This document shows positions 15,101 through 27,749 of a DNA stretch of 64,000 nucleotides, one piece after another. Position 1 is the first letter of the stretch; each line of letters starts with the position of its first letter. Source of the stretch: Sphaerodactylus townsendi (taxonomy: Eukaryota); assembly GCF_021028975.2 (NCBI RefSeq), contig NC_059426.1:66340001-66404000 (forward strand), in the 5' to 3' direction. The notes beneath the pieces were generated by a model. The model was given only the letters and a program-made list of their open reading frames with translations. It was not told where the DNA came from and searched no databases. Both the position numbers and the translations under genes were made by a program.

Positions 15101-18100
15101 ACTCACAGAGCCTGCAGAGGTAAGGCACCAGCTCTAACAAGAAAGATATGCCAGGGCACAGAGCTGGGTATATTATGGCCATTGTCTAGTATTTTGGCTG
15201 CTTAACCTTGCCTTAAAATGTCTTCCAGCTGTGCTTGCCACCTCCCATGGAAGCTGGTTTCTATGATGGACTGATACTCTTGCTACTTCAGTTCTTAAGC
15301 CAGGTATGGGCTTTCTTTAATGTCACAAGGAGCGCTGCTTCACATTCTTTAGAAGATGTGCACAAGTGCTACAGGAAGTCTGTGTGGAATGCGTGGGAAT
15401 GCTTTTGTGGCTGGCTCTTCCTTGAGAAGTATGAGGCAAGACAAGGAATATATTCAGTACTGCAGCTTGTGATGATATCATCACTCAGGCTGTGCCTTCT
15501 TGCTCATGGATTTCCTCAGAAACTGCCCTGTCCACCACTGGAGAGACAAATGCATCAAAGGAGAAGATGGAGGCAATATGCGACCTACAATTAAAACCCC
15601 ACAGTTCGCTGCTGATTCAGTTCCTGGGTTTCTGGGCACACATGGTACTTCAGCTAAAAGTGCTTGGATACAAGCAGCAGTTTGGCCTGTTCCGAGTTCC
15701 TAGCTGAACTCCCTCATTCTTGCTTTTTAGTTGGAGGAGATCTAAACACCCAGCCTAAAAAGATGGCTTCTGATAGAGGGATGAGATGATGGGACTTGTC
15801 TGAGTGAAAAGGACGTACCTGTGGGGTAAAATTTCCACACTAGGTCAAATCACAAGCTGCCATGCAACGTGTCACTTTTCTGGCCTGTCTCTTTCTTTTG
15901 ACAGGAAGATGCAGCCGTGATACGGGAATTCACTGGGTCAGACCTTTGGAGCATTGTGTGGCATCGCTTTGCCATGGTGCTGCACTTGACCAGTGGGGCA
16001 CCGGTAATGGAAGGTGAGACCCCAAGAGTTGGCCAGCATGCACAAGAGCCAGAGTGGAACCTCATCTCACCACAAGGTACAAAGCTGGTCTTTTTCTTGG
16101 TGGGAAAACCCTGAATTACCTGTAACTTTGTTCTGTGCCTGGCCTCCAAGGTGTCTCTATCCTCTTGCTTTGTTGACGATGGAACCTGAGGGATTCCAAT
16201 CTTTACAGTGCTATATTAAGGAGGCCCACTAGCCCTCCAAACCTGGTTATGAAAGTCAGGCATGCGTGGGTGAGCGGGTGACGGGGGATATTGATCAAAC
16301 ACACTCTTCATTCTTTCCTGTAGGAACCTTGCTGTTCCTCAGCTTAGTTCTCCACATCTTTCAACGTGAACCTCATCAAAGTCTTCTCCAGCTGGCTCAG
16401 CCCAATGGAGTTATCATGGCAACCCTCAACAAACTGCTTAGTCTTGACTACCTGGAGACCCTGGCACAGACGTGAGTTCTGGACAGTCCAAAGTAGAGCT
16501 ATGGAAAGAACAGAATGAGCACAGTAGTGGAATGCTACAGGTTCAGATATTTGTGGAGCGGGAAAATAATGGCATAGCAAGAAAGGACCCTTCAAGAGTC
16601 CATATCTAACACAGCCATTGTCCCACCTCCCACCTTGGTCTACACTCTGGAGCTTCCCTGTGGCTGTTCTAGACACTGAAATTACAGCAGTGTGTTGTAC
16701 AGAGACCTATTTCCTGCACTGCAGTTTCTGTAGGTGCCTGGAAGTCATTACTGTTGTATGATCTTAGTTAACATGGACATCTGATCTTTACTCACTGTTG
16801 ATTCCCTCTCCCCCAGGCAAATGCGAGAAGATGGTGATCCAGATCTAGTATCTGCTGTTGTGCTCCAAGTCTGCCAACTCTTCTGTTTCCCATTTGCTCT
16901 TGATATACACCCTGAAACCTTAGAACTGATCATGACAGGTCTGAGAGATTTTGAGATCCCTGCTCAGTTGCTCCAGGTAAGCTTCCTTGCTTCATATCAG
17001 TTATTGGAACCACAGAAAAGGGATGCCAAGAAGGAGGATCTCATCTTTTGCCCTTATGGTGTCCCAGGGATGCAACCTCTGCATGGGCCAGTCTAGCTGC
17101 TTGGTTCAGAATAAAAGAGCATCTTTCACCATAATTCATGAAGGCTGCATTTATGGAAGATACACCCCCAAAAAACTGATTTTTATGACACAGTTTTTAT
17201 CCCTATGCCAGAAATTGTCCTGGATACTGGGGAAGGATAAAATGCTCTTCTTATAAAAGGGAACTGATATGGAATCTCATTGGGCATCCTCTACCATGAC
17301 ACCGCTTCCCACAGTTCATGCACTAATCTACTCTCTCCCCTTTTAGGTCTGCATTCACCATCTTCCCTTTGTGGACACTGAACTGCCATTGAGTCTTCTG
17401 TGCCACTTAGTGCTGACTGACGAGGGAGTCATTGAGCAAGTGATGAGAACGGCTGCCTCTGCGCATGCCATTGCCTTCATGTCAGCCGTTTTGCTATCTG
17501 ACCAGGTTGCCCTCATTGTAGACCTGCTCTCATTACTCACTCACGTAGCCCGTGCTAGTGCAATGCATTTGCCTTTCCTGCAGCAATTCCTGTGTGGCTC
17601 TGACAGGGCCCCTCCACTACTAAGCCGTCTTTTGTGTCACCAGGAGCACCTAGTCCGTGCCAGAGCCTGTAGCTTTGTGGGCAACCTGTTGCGACATGGA
17701 CAGGACTTTCCTCATCTTCTGCAGGTTGGGCTGTTGGAATATTTGCTGCAGTGTCTTAGAGATGAGGATGACCATGTGCGCCGGTCAGCCAGCTTTGCTG
17801 TTGGAAATGTAGCCTACCACACTGGACCCTTTCTGCAGCACCTTAGCAAAGCTGTTCCCTGGGTTGTCCGACTCCTGGGTGATCCTGTAGCCAAGATTCG
17901 TTGCAATGCAGCATCAACACTGGGGAACTTGGGCCGGCAGTCGACGGAACTGGGCAACTTGCTGATTCAGAGCAGAGCCCCTGATCTTCTGCTGGACATG
18001 GCCTGCCATGACTCCCAACCAGCTGTGCAAGAGGCAGCACTCATTGCCCTCCAATCCATTGGCCAGCAGCCCAAGATCCACCAGGTACTGGCTCCTTACC

Positions 18101-19520
18101 AGTTTCTCAACTGTAGAGGTGGGAGCAGTAAGAGCTGCCAGCCAGCTGGCAAATGGACCTGTCCAACCACCAGTCAAGTAATCAGTTAACCAGTTCCAAC
18201 AGACTAGCGCACAGGTGTCGAACTCGCGGCCCTCCAGATGTTATGGACTACAGTTCCCATCATCCCCTGCCAGCATGCTGGCAGGGGGTGATGGGAACTG
18301 TAGTCCATAACATCTGGAGGGCCGCGAGTTTGACACCTATGGTCTAGTGTATATTGTGGAACTCACTGCTATTAGACTACTAGAGCCTGTGAATCATGTG
18401 AGTGGAGAATTTTTTAAAAATCCTGGTTAAGTACTAGAACCAGCTCCGGGGATGGGACTGAAAGGAAAAATTACACTGACAGGATTGGATCTACCAGAGG
18501 AGTTTAGGAAAGGTGTGGATGTAATGGATTTGATTGTGCTGTTTGTCCTGAAACTCTTCTTTAGTGCATGGGAGAGCCAAACACACCACAGCATTCGAGG
18601 CCAGGGGAGGGGGGGGATCTGAAGCAAAAGAAGGTAGTACAGTTCAGTTGCCACTTTTCTCCTCTTCCACTGCTGTAAGCCACAAACAGAAGAGAGGAGG
18701 GGGGAAGAAATCTTTGACTCCACCTGGATGTTGCAGTTTTCCTGTCCCTGTGGTGTGCTTTGCTTGCCATGGTTTCTTAGTCCTCAGGGAGGAGTTCCTC
18801 AGGAAAAATGATAGGCAGGGAAAGTGTTCCAGTAACACCTTCCATAAACCTTTCTGGTTCTGGGTTCACCCACTGGTTTTTGATAAAAAGCTGAGGAACT
18901 TCTTCAGCCTTTGATTACTATTATATGATCTCACTGAAGGAAAGGACCCTAGACGACAACGAGAAGAGCTGTGTTTTTTTATGCTGCTGCCTGAAAAATG
19001 CCCTATGGGGGTGGGACCTTTCTTCCATCCTGCCTAACAGTTCTATGATGGGCTTCCAAGAAGCATGGAGTGCCACAGGGCAGATATCCCTTGCGTAAGA
19101 TGTAGCTAAGCTTGTTTTATGACAGCTAACCATTTCATTTTCTTTCCTGATCATAAGACTTTAATCATATTTTCCTATTTCAAGGAACCCCATTCCTTGG
19201 CACTCTTCTTTGTACCTAACAGCCAAGACACTACAAAGCTTTATTTGAAACATTCAACTTGTATTTCGTAGATACTGGCATAGTGGTCCTGAATAGTAAG
19301 CGGTTTTGGTGGGCAAACTGATTATGTGAAGGTGCAAAATTGATTTACTATGTTATGCACACAATCTGCTTTCTAGGTGCTGGTGTCACTCCGAGCGAGT
19401 GAGAAGCTGGAGGTGCTTTCCCATAATGAGTCTCAAGCTGCTGCCTGTAGCAGCCCTCCTTCATCAATGACACACTGCAAAAAATTGATCCGCCTCCTGC
19501 AGCCCACACAGAGTGCCTGA
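119..19520 (+). CDS. STK36: Serine/threonine kinase 36 (Fused homolog), 5'-partial, 25 coding exons in window
   Basis: Exons with AG/GT boundaries and matching phases: 119-259, 790-867, 1254-1384, 1472-1721, 4606-4699, 4818-4987, 5088-5281, 5558-5672, 5778-5921, 6636-6815, 7759-7856, 8558-8663, 9470-9611, 10148-10269, 10733-10837, 11012-11107, 11601-11689, 13038-13101, 15009-15119, 15229-15303, 15905-16076, 16324-16471, 16817-16976, 17347-18084, 19377-19520 (TGA). Total 3867 nt, 1288 aa. Kinase motifs [37 protein letters not shown]-terminal ARM/HEAT-like repeats ([15 protein letters not shown]). Confidence 0.96.
3505..3830 (-). mobile_element. Degenerate CORE-type SINE interrupted by the MITE
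   Basis: Reverse-complement similarity to the SINE copies at 11121 and 28785. Boundaries approximate. Confidence 0.5.
3599..3727. mobile_element. Palindromic MITE (PIF/Harbinger-like ends) inserted in a (GA)n tract
   Basis: 28-bp TIR GGCAGATTCCGCATGGGCCAAAAACAGC / GCTGTTTTTGGCCCATGCGGAATCCGCC, flanked by GA repeats. Confidence 0.75.
6949..7188. mobile_element. Penelope-like element terminal repeat remnant, fold-back
   Basis: TATTGTCGAAGGCTTTCACGGCCGG...GGCATCTTCAGAGGATC followed by its inverted, degraded copy. Same family as the copy at 51164. Confidence 0.75.
11121..11320 (+). mobile_element. tRNA-derived CORE-type SINE
   Basis: B-box-like GCTTCAAATCC and core CCTCACAGGATTGCTGTGAGGATAAAATGG; related copies elsewhere in the window. 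Confidence 0.65.
11935..12195 (+). mobile_element. SINE with RTE-like 3' tail
   Basis: GGTTCAAATCCC B-box; tail GGCAAAC...TCTTGCCTTGAAAACCCTACAGGGTCACCATA. A related minus-strand tail lies at about 23905-23996. Confidence 0.6.
18210..18341. mobile_element. Palindromic hAT MITE
   Basis: Almost fully self-complementary 132 bp. Flanks GACTAGCG / GTCTAGTG (6/8 match, CTAG core typical of Charlie/Buster targets). Confidence 0.85.
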
Positions 19521-20070
19521 GAACTGAATCTTTCATGTGCTTGAACTCAATGGAAGTATAGTCTCTTTAACTGGAGTTAGAAGAAGCCACCCAAGAAGTA
19601 TCTGCATGTTGTTCTATGGCATCTAAAAAGAAGTGTTCCAGTTTTTCCATTACAGTCAGGACCCCACCCTAGATGCCTTCTCAAATCAACAGGCCCTATA
19701 TGAATCCTACCTGGGTCTTCTCCCCATTGTGAACCAGCCTGTAGAATGGGACATTAGCTTCTTACCTGAACAGGCATAGCAATGTTTTCATTCATTTCTG
19801 TGATTTTCTTCTGATTTTGGTAAGTCTCCATCTTGTAATATGAGAATGCCAGTCTTCGCCTTGAATAAGGCAAGTGGGCATTTAGCAACTATCTTTTGCT
19901 CTGAAGTGGTGAAGTGAGGGCAGTATTCCTTTCTTTGCTTTGAATTTTGTAGATTTACTTGTGGGGCAAAAGCTAGCAGGCATTTTGTGTCTCAGCACTT
20001 CCTTCCTGCTGTATGCTACCACACTATCTCTGTCATTTGCGGACCAAAGTGTTTACTATTTCTCATTTGT

Positions 20071-20076
20071 ATTAAA
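20071..20076 (+). promoter_or_regulatory. Candidate STK36 polyadenylation signal (ATTAAA)
   Basis: ATTAAA about 550 nt after the STK36 stop, followed by GT-rich sequence. Confidence 0.45.
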
Positions 20077-20574
20077 AGCAGATTTTTCAGAAATGTGCCT
20101 GCTTGCATGTGTGCCCTAAAAGAAAGGTGTTTAATACGACAGCCAGAATCGTATTAATTCATGATGTTCTGCAATGATAAAATATTGTGTAGAAAGAAAC
20201 AATATATTGAATAGAAAGAAATTATCTACATAATCTGAACAGTTACTTCCAAAAATGAAAATGTTACAGTCAGGCAGAAGGGGTTAAGGCCCTTTTTGCA
20301 TAAACAGGAAGAATGGAGGTTGACACTGTTCCAAACAAGGAACGGAAATAGTGCTCTGTTCACAAGCTTGACAAATTCCCTTTCTGATTTCAAAGTGCTA
20401 AACACTGACTTCTCATACTCTTTCCTTTCCACCAATCATGGGGGAAGCCTTGCTTGTTGGAGCAAAAGCTGATACCTTCAGATTCTGTTTGATCTTCGGT
20501 ACTGCGCTGGTTTTAGGTTGCTTGGGCCACCCAACTCTGGTGGTGTCTGCTGATTCAGACAGATGATGCATAAT

Positions 20575-20636
20575 GCAGAGCCCTTAGGGGATGGGGCGGT
20601 CTACAAATACAATAATAAATAAATAAATAATAAAAA
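20575..20636 (+). repeat. Retroelement 3' end with (AAAT)n tail
   Basis: GAGCCCTTAGGGGATGGGGCGGTCTACAAA followed by AATAAATAAATAAATAATAA. Confidence 0.55.
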
Positions 20637-20882
20637 ATATTGCTTAATTCTGATTGCCAGACCATGTAAACTGGCTTCTGGGCAGAGCAGTATAAATGTA
20701 TCTGAACAGCAGCATTCAGATCTCATTGCCGATACAAGGTAGTGATATATAATTCCCAGGGTTGACTTTCTGGAGTAGTAGGTGTAACAGCCAAAAACTA
20801 AAGAGCAACGAAACTTGGCTGGCCCGTCTGAATAGGAAGCCACATTGGCCAAGGTTTTTGAGACGAACAAAACATTCTAGGG

Positions 20883-21294
20883 CAGTCATGGCGAACCTTT
20901 TCGAGACCGAGTGCCCAAATGGCAACCCAAGACCCACTTATTTATTGCAAAGTGCCAACACGGCAATTTAACCTGAATACTGAGGTTTTCATTTAGAAAA
21001 AACGGTTGGCTCCGAGGCGTGCATTACTCAGGAGTAAGCTTAGTGGTAGAAGGTGGCTTTGCTTTGAAGCAACCGTGCAACTCTTCCAACGGGTGAATCA
21101 CGACCCTAGGAGCTTAACAGGGTTACCTACACTGCTTCCTCAAAACTAGGTCTTAGGTTTAATGCTAATAATCGAGCCCGGCAGCCCAGGCCAGCCTAGA
21201 TGTGGGGGTGGGGGGGGACTCTGTTTGTGCGTGCCCACAGAGATGGCTCTTGAGTGCCACTTCTGGCACCCATGCCATAGGTTTGCCACCACTG
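20883..21294. mobile_element. Non-autonomous hAT element (hAT1-like TIRs)
   Basis: TIRs CAGTCATGGCGAACCT / AGGTTTGCCACCACTG; perfect 8-bp TSD TTCTAGGG (20875-20882, 21295-21302). Confidence 0.9.
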
Positions 21295-24149
21295 TTCTAG
21301 GGACAGAGAACAGAATCCACAGTATACTAATGTTGCTATCAGTACCACTGCTCTCCCCCACCCCCCATTTTGTTGGGGAAACAAAAGGTTGACATCTTTG
21401 GAGCTGCTTTGGATCGTCCATGCTACAGAACCAACTTCTGTTTTTTGTGGGTAATTTGTGTGGTAACTACTGAGGCATCAGTTGCTAATTTCTTACCTTC
21501 TGAAGCAAAAGCCAAATACAGATGTGTGGAAAAATGTATTTTTTAGAGGTTTGGACTGACCAGACTTTCACCTTGGTTTAAGAGGTTTTCTCCCTCTTGG
21601 CAGAGATGGAGTCAATTGCTCCCCACCCTCCCCTCAGCTGCGCTTTAGAAATGCTAATAGCTTAGTGGCAGGAGACAATGGCATGGTCAACTTACCCCCC
21701 CCCCCCCGCAAGAAAGGCAGAGACGGAGCAAAGGGAAACTGTGCCCAAGGCGCACACGCATTGTGCCCCTGCCGCAGCGTTGCCCACCCCTGCCCTGGAA
21801 TACCACGCTTCTTCAATGGCCCAGGCATGCCTCCGCTGCTGCTCTGCCTGGGGTGTTGCCCCCTGCCCCACCCCGCGGACGCTACACCACTGAGGAAAGG
21901 TGACATCTATCAGGGAACAAAGGTTTGGAGGTTGAAAATCCTGTAGAAGTCTTTTCCTGAAGACCTTAGGAAAAGCTCCTTTCATCTGCCCATGGTAAAC
22001 AGATGATAGAGCCCCCTAGCATAGGGTCTCTTTTGTGCTGATTCCATCTAGGAAGAAGGATGTCTTCTTCCTGAACTCCTGCTGAAGGCAACCATTATCA
22101 TAAGGGGGTTTCCAGGCCTGAACCTTCCAGAACCCCTGTAACTTTAAATTGGCAAACCTTACTCTCCCAGTAATGCACAAGTGTAATAAGCTGGCCAAAT
22201 AGTAACCAGATGCTGGGTAACGGGAGTCACAGGCACGAGGTGAGGCCTTAGAAATGAAGGGAAACTGGGAGCCTTGGCCCCCTCAGTGGGCAACTTCTAA
22301 AAAGCCTAGGTGGTAGTGGTAGGTGAACAGAGAGGGAGAGCAGAACCCTTCAGAGGGTAGGAAAGAACAATACCTGCAGGCCAATACCGTTCCATCACAA
22401 GGTGTAATGAGGACAGAAAGCCCCAACGAGGGCAATTTGTTAAAAGCTGTATAGTTTGTTTCAAAGATCCAGCAATAATTCTGGCATGTTGTGACTGAAT
22501 GACATACAAGTTCTGTAGAACATGACTATTTAGCCCTCCGCGTACTGCCTTAGTCGTCTCCCTTCCGCTCACCCAGCCGGCTTAGTACCCCATTGCTCAA
22601 CTCAAGGCAGTAACTGTGCTTTTGATAGTCCCACATTATGCTACTGTTGCTGTCAGTATACTGCTCCTCACTGTTGTGTAGGAAATCTGTCACAGCTTTG
22701 AATGAAAGCAGTTGGACAAATGTATGAAGCTGATATGCAAGAGAAATAGCACAAAATAGCTGTGGTGTGTTGCTTTTGTTTCATGTTAATCAAATAGCGT
22801 TCAAAGGCCAACTACACACGGGGAGGTTCCTGCAAGTTCAAAGATAACTGGCCAATGAGTCTTTGTTTTGGGGCATGTTCAGCATTACCGCCCACTGCCT
22901 TGTTTGCAGCAGAGCAGGCATTACCCACCAGATGGCTTTCTGATTGCATCCGGTATGTGTGTGTGTGTGTATGAGATGTTTTGCAGGGTTTTTTTTATCG
23001 TGCATGCTGCGTCCTTTAATTTTTAATAGTCTTTATTTTTTATCTTTAATCTTATCAATAGATTGATATATTAATCTATCGATAAATCAATATATTGACA
23101 ATAAAAAGGTAAACTATTAAAGAAAAGTCTTGAATGTGGCATCTGTACACTTTGAATGAACACTGATGGTCTTTTATGGTGGGAAGTGAGGGGGAAGTAA
23201 TGGCGGTGTGCAAGACTGCAAAAGGACAACGTGAAGTTTGCTAAGCTCCTCAGGTTCATGATTCTCTGTCTCCCACTGTGCTATAAACCCAAACATCAAT
23301 CACTGGATGCTTGTGTATGAAACAATGAGGCTGGAGATGCCCCAGTTTGTTGATCAAATGCAGGGGCAAATCAGGTGTTTGGACTGATCACTAGTCTTAT
23401 TATTTTTGCATTTTTTTAGTGTTAGTATCAATTTATAGATCTACTGATATGGTTATTTAATTTTTTCTAAAGATATGCAGGAGTGGGAGAGGCCATGAGC
23501 AATAGAAACAATTTGGCAGAACAAAAAGCAGTAGTCGGCAACAGGCAAGAGGGTGAAAAAGAAGCATACAAAGCAGTGCAAGGGAGAGTGTGTGGGGTTA
23601 AGACTAGGCGGGCTGGCTGCGGGCAGTGGGAAGAGGTCCGGGGCAAAGCTGTGCTCACTGGCAAATCTGTCTCACTCTGGCTGCGAAGCAAAATTGAAAT
23701 TGTGCTATAAGTGGATTTGCTAGCTGCAGAGAGAGTAGAAAGTAAAAGTGGGGCTAGAGGAAATACGTCCAAAGAAGAAATCTTGCCATGGCAGACATTC
23801 GCCTCTACCATGCAGTGAACACCTTGTGCATAATTTGCCAAAGTGTTATGAAAGGGATTTCTGCGTGTAATCATCTGAAGATCTACACCTTTTCCGCTGT
23901 TTGAAGTCAGGTGTGCGTGTGAACTGTCAAGTCCCAGTTGACTTATGGCAACCCTGTGAGGTTTCGAGGCAAGAGGCATTCAGATGTGGTTTGCCATATT
24001 TTAAATGGGGTACTATACATAAAATCTGGAATACAGCAAAATGAAAAATTAGCAACAGCACTGATGAGGAAGGACTAGAATGTCTCTCCTGTACAACCTT
24101 CTGCCATTCAATGGGGTTGGGGAAGAATTTAGCTTTTCAGGGTCTGAAG

Positions 24150-24275
24150 CAGGGGTCTGCAGCCTGTGGCTTTCCAGATATTTATGGACTACAAATCCCA
24201 TCAGCCCCTGTCAGCATGGCCAATTGGGATTTGTAGCCCACAAACATCTGGAGAGCCACAGGTTGCAGACCCCTG
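24150..24275. mobile_element. Short hAT MITE
   Basis: TIR CAGGGGTCTGCA / TGCAGACCCCTG; TSD GTCTGAAG / GTCTAAAG; core similar to the 18210 element. Confidence 0.85.
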
Positions 24276-27200
24276 GTCTAAAGCTTTAGGTCTGCAAAAA
24301 CAAAAACAAAAAAAGATTAAAGGCATGTGAACAACTCATGTAACAGCAGATGCCACAGCCAGGGCAACTGTGCCTTCTCACAACTATTTAGCGATGTATG
24401 CACAAATATGGAGAAGTGTTCTATTATATTTATGTCAGAATTCAATTTCTCTGTCCACAGAAAATCGATTACTGTACTGCAAGATTTTGTGAGCACAGAA
24501 TACATGCAGTTCTCAAAACATCCTTATTTTAAGGATGCAGGAAGGAAGAATCCTGTTAGCAATCAGGCTCTACTCCAAATTTCCTTTTAAAGATGTAAGC
24601 CAAAGAACTAGATAGCTCCACCTCCCGGACACACCCAGAAAGTTTACCACTGAGGCAGGCAGAGAAACTGAGGCAGGTAGAGGTCAAGCCAGCCTTTGCA
24701 GATGCTGTGATCTCCAGCAACAGAAACAGAGACTGCAGTAGACTGTAACCTTCAAGGTCAGGCTGGCTCTCTGCCCTTAGCAGTTCTTGCATGCACATGC
24801 TCACCAATCCAGAAACGAAGGGGCCTAAACTGTATGCTCCCAACTTAGTTGCAGCTGTCCAAGTAATCGAAGCCGTAAGACAAAAGTTGTTGAATTCAGC
24901 AATGGGTTATCCATGCCTCTGGGGCCCCTAACCAACACCTAACTGCTGAGCACTGTGGGCCAAACTAGAGCAGACAGAGGCAGAGGCACTGCTGCTAAAA
25001 GCATGGTGAGGAAGGAGCATAATTTCCCCAGGTCCCAGTTTATTAGTTCATCTAGTAATACTCCTTCATACAAAAAGTGGCAGATTTATAGAAAGCTGGT
25101 TGTCATGGACAATTGTAGCCTAGCCTCCTTACATGCTAGTTTGCTAGTTTTCTTTGGGTTGGAAAATTTTGTATGGAGGAGTAATTCTATCATAAAATCC
25201 CATTCCATCTCCAACCTTGTGGTATAAATTGCACACAGGTTCACTACTTCATCTGCTGTTTGTAAGAACTAGGTCCAAGAATGGGCAGAAGGTACAACCA
25301 GACACTCAACCGTCACTCCTGTCTTCTGCCAAAATCTGTTGCTCACCGCCGGCAATTATAGTCAGTAATATTCACCCACCCAAGAACAGCTCAGCTGCTG
25401 TCACATCTTTAAACTTTTTTATTATTAAAAAACAGACTACAGTTTGTGTTTAAATATATAGCCATCGAAGAAACACTGCTACACAGCTCCAAGCCCTTTC
25501 CTGGGTGACCCTTTCCTGGGTGACATCGGCAACTTCCCAGACTTTCAGCAAAAGGCTGCTTTAGTGGAGCAGCATGGCACCACCGCCAAGCAAAGGAAGC
25601 AGGCTTGGAGCTCAAGCAAGAAACACCAACATACAACATGCCTCCTGCACCAGAAAGGGAAAGCAAGGGCTCCCGGCTATTGGGAGGAGGGGGCAGTGTG
25701 TGAAATCTGTGCTTAGGACAAATCACAAAGGCAGGCAAGCGCCACACTCAGTGTCATGAGGCTGCCTGTTTCCAAAGTGCAGACTCTTAAGAGAAAAGCT
25801 GTTTTTAACAGCTATTCCCCTCCACCCTTTTGAAAAGGGAAGGGCAGGAGATGCAGCAGAGAAAGAAAACACTGGCCAACAGAACAGCCTTGCTAACAGG
25901 CTTCCAGAAAGGTATTCCCCATTGACTAAAAAAGCCCTATACTGTAGCCCTATATAGGCTATACAGGAAGCCATCTGATACAAAGCAGAAGGGCGCTGAA
26001 TGTCTCAGCAATCAATGCATCCTTCAAAGCCGATAAAAAACTGGAGCCTTCAGGAAAGGCTCCCAAATGTGTCTGGAATCATTTTAGCAGCCTTTATGCT
26101 GAGCGAGCAGCGCTTTCACCTTGGTGAATGAACTCCTGGAAGGGCAGACAACCATAAACCTCAGCTGTAGTCACTTTTGTGATAATGTATAGAACACCAG
26201 CAATCACACCTGTGATGCGACCCTTCAATGCTTTCTTTAAGCAGAAGAAGGCAAACAGGTTTCCAGTGCTGCCCCCCTCCACTATACTCTGCAGTCTCTG
26301 GAAAATAAATAAAAAGGTGACTGGTTTCAGAGAGCACAGCACCATTCTAGCCAGAGGGGAATGCCACTGTCACAGGCAGATCTTGGCTTTGCACTGCACC
26401 CATTAAGATGCACATTGAGGGGAGGAGGGGAAAAAATCTGCTTCTACGATAAAAATCAATACATTTGCAATTCAAAGCCAGTCTTTCAGAAGTATTTAAA
26501 ACTGCACACTTTTAAGCAGCAGCAACAGTCTTCCTCAACAAGCGTTACAAGAGGAAGTAAATAACAATGCTGGTGGGGCAGTGCACAATCCAGCTCTTTT
26601 CTCCCCGCCAGCATAATGGATATGCTATTCCAATTTGCTAAAGCAACCCTTGACCTTTGCCAGTTAAAAGACTGAAAGAAAGGAAGCCCCTTAGGGTTTC
26701 AAAAGGAAAAAAAGGGAAGCTAGCAGGACGGACCAACCTAAGGAATTTATTCTGGTTGCAGGGAGACAAGGCTTCTTCCCACTTCCACCCACATGCCATC
26801 TCTTCCCAAACCTCCCCTCCACAAGGCAAGTCTGATTGCTAGAGCAAGGCCTGAGGATACTGCTCCGGCCAGGATGCAACACAGGGCACGACTGGCTCAG
26901 CCAGGAGTGTAAAAAGTGAACACAAAGAAAAGGGCAGATAGTATAGAGCTATTTTGCAATTAAAGTGCAACAGCAAGGTAGGGGAAGGGGGCACTTCCAG
27001 ATCAAAATGAATTTGTAGTTTCCAGATTGCATAAAGAGACTTGGCCAGCCTCGCTCATGGTTCAGGACAGGCAAGAGCAGACCACACAGTCCAGCTCGTG
27101 TCACAATTAAAACTACTGTATGGAGGAAATGAAGTTGAGGGCATAAAATGATTAGGAAGGAAAGCTGGGGTTGGGGCTTTAGTCTGCAGAAGCTTTGCGT

Positions 27201-27749
27201 ATGACGGGTGGGGGGGGGGACCCGGTTGTGCCCCCTTCCACTCCAACAAAAGTGCTTTTTGAAGCATCAGCTTAAAAACCCTGCCTCTTCTGTTCCAAGT
27301 TTCCGACTTCCATTCCCAAACCTGTATCTCCATCCCAACTAGCCTCTCTCCCTGTTCAATAAAAACATTTTTTTTCAAAAGTTCTTCACATTTAAAAAAT
27401 TTCCCACTCCCACCTCTATCCAGTAAAACAGCTTTACCTTCCTACAGGGTGTGTAGGGATGAGCAGCGGGTACATTTAGCTGAGAATGCAGCGTGCAGGG
27501 GAAAAACAGAGGACCAAGAGACAAAGACAACTGCAGCAGCAGACCAAATGACTGCATCATCACTAGGAAGCTTGGGCCGGACACTGGCGCCCTGTTGGGA
27601 AGGCCGACATTAGGAGGTGGACACAATATTCCAAACATAACACTGTGAATGTGGATGGTTCCCCATCCCCCAGTCAGCACTGATCAAACTCTGCTGGGCA
27701 TCCATTCATCCATCCTTCCAGCTACAGAAAACCAGGAATGCAGCAGGAC

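Noticed and set aside
21630-21895. GC-rich patch as a promoter or exon
   Set aside because: It ends in a GCTACACCACTG TIR-like motif and is probably a DNA-transposon fragment, but a matching left TIR and TSD could not be identified.
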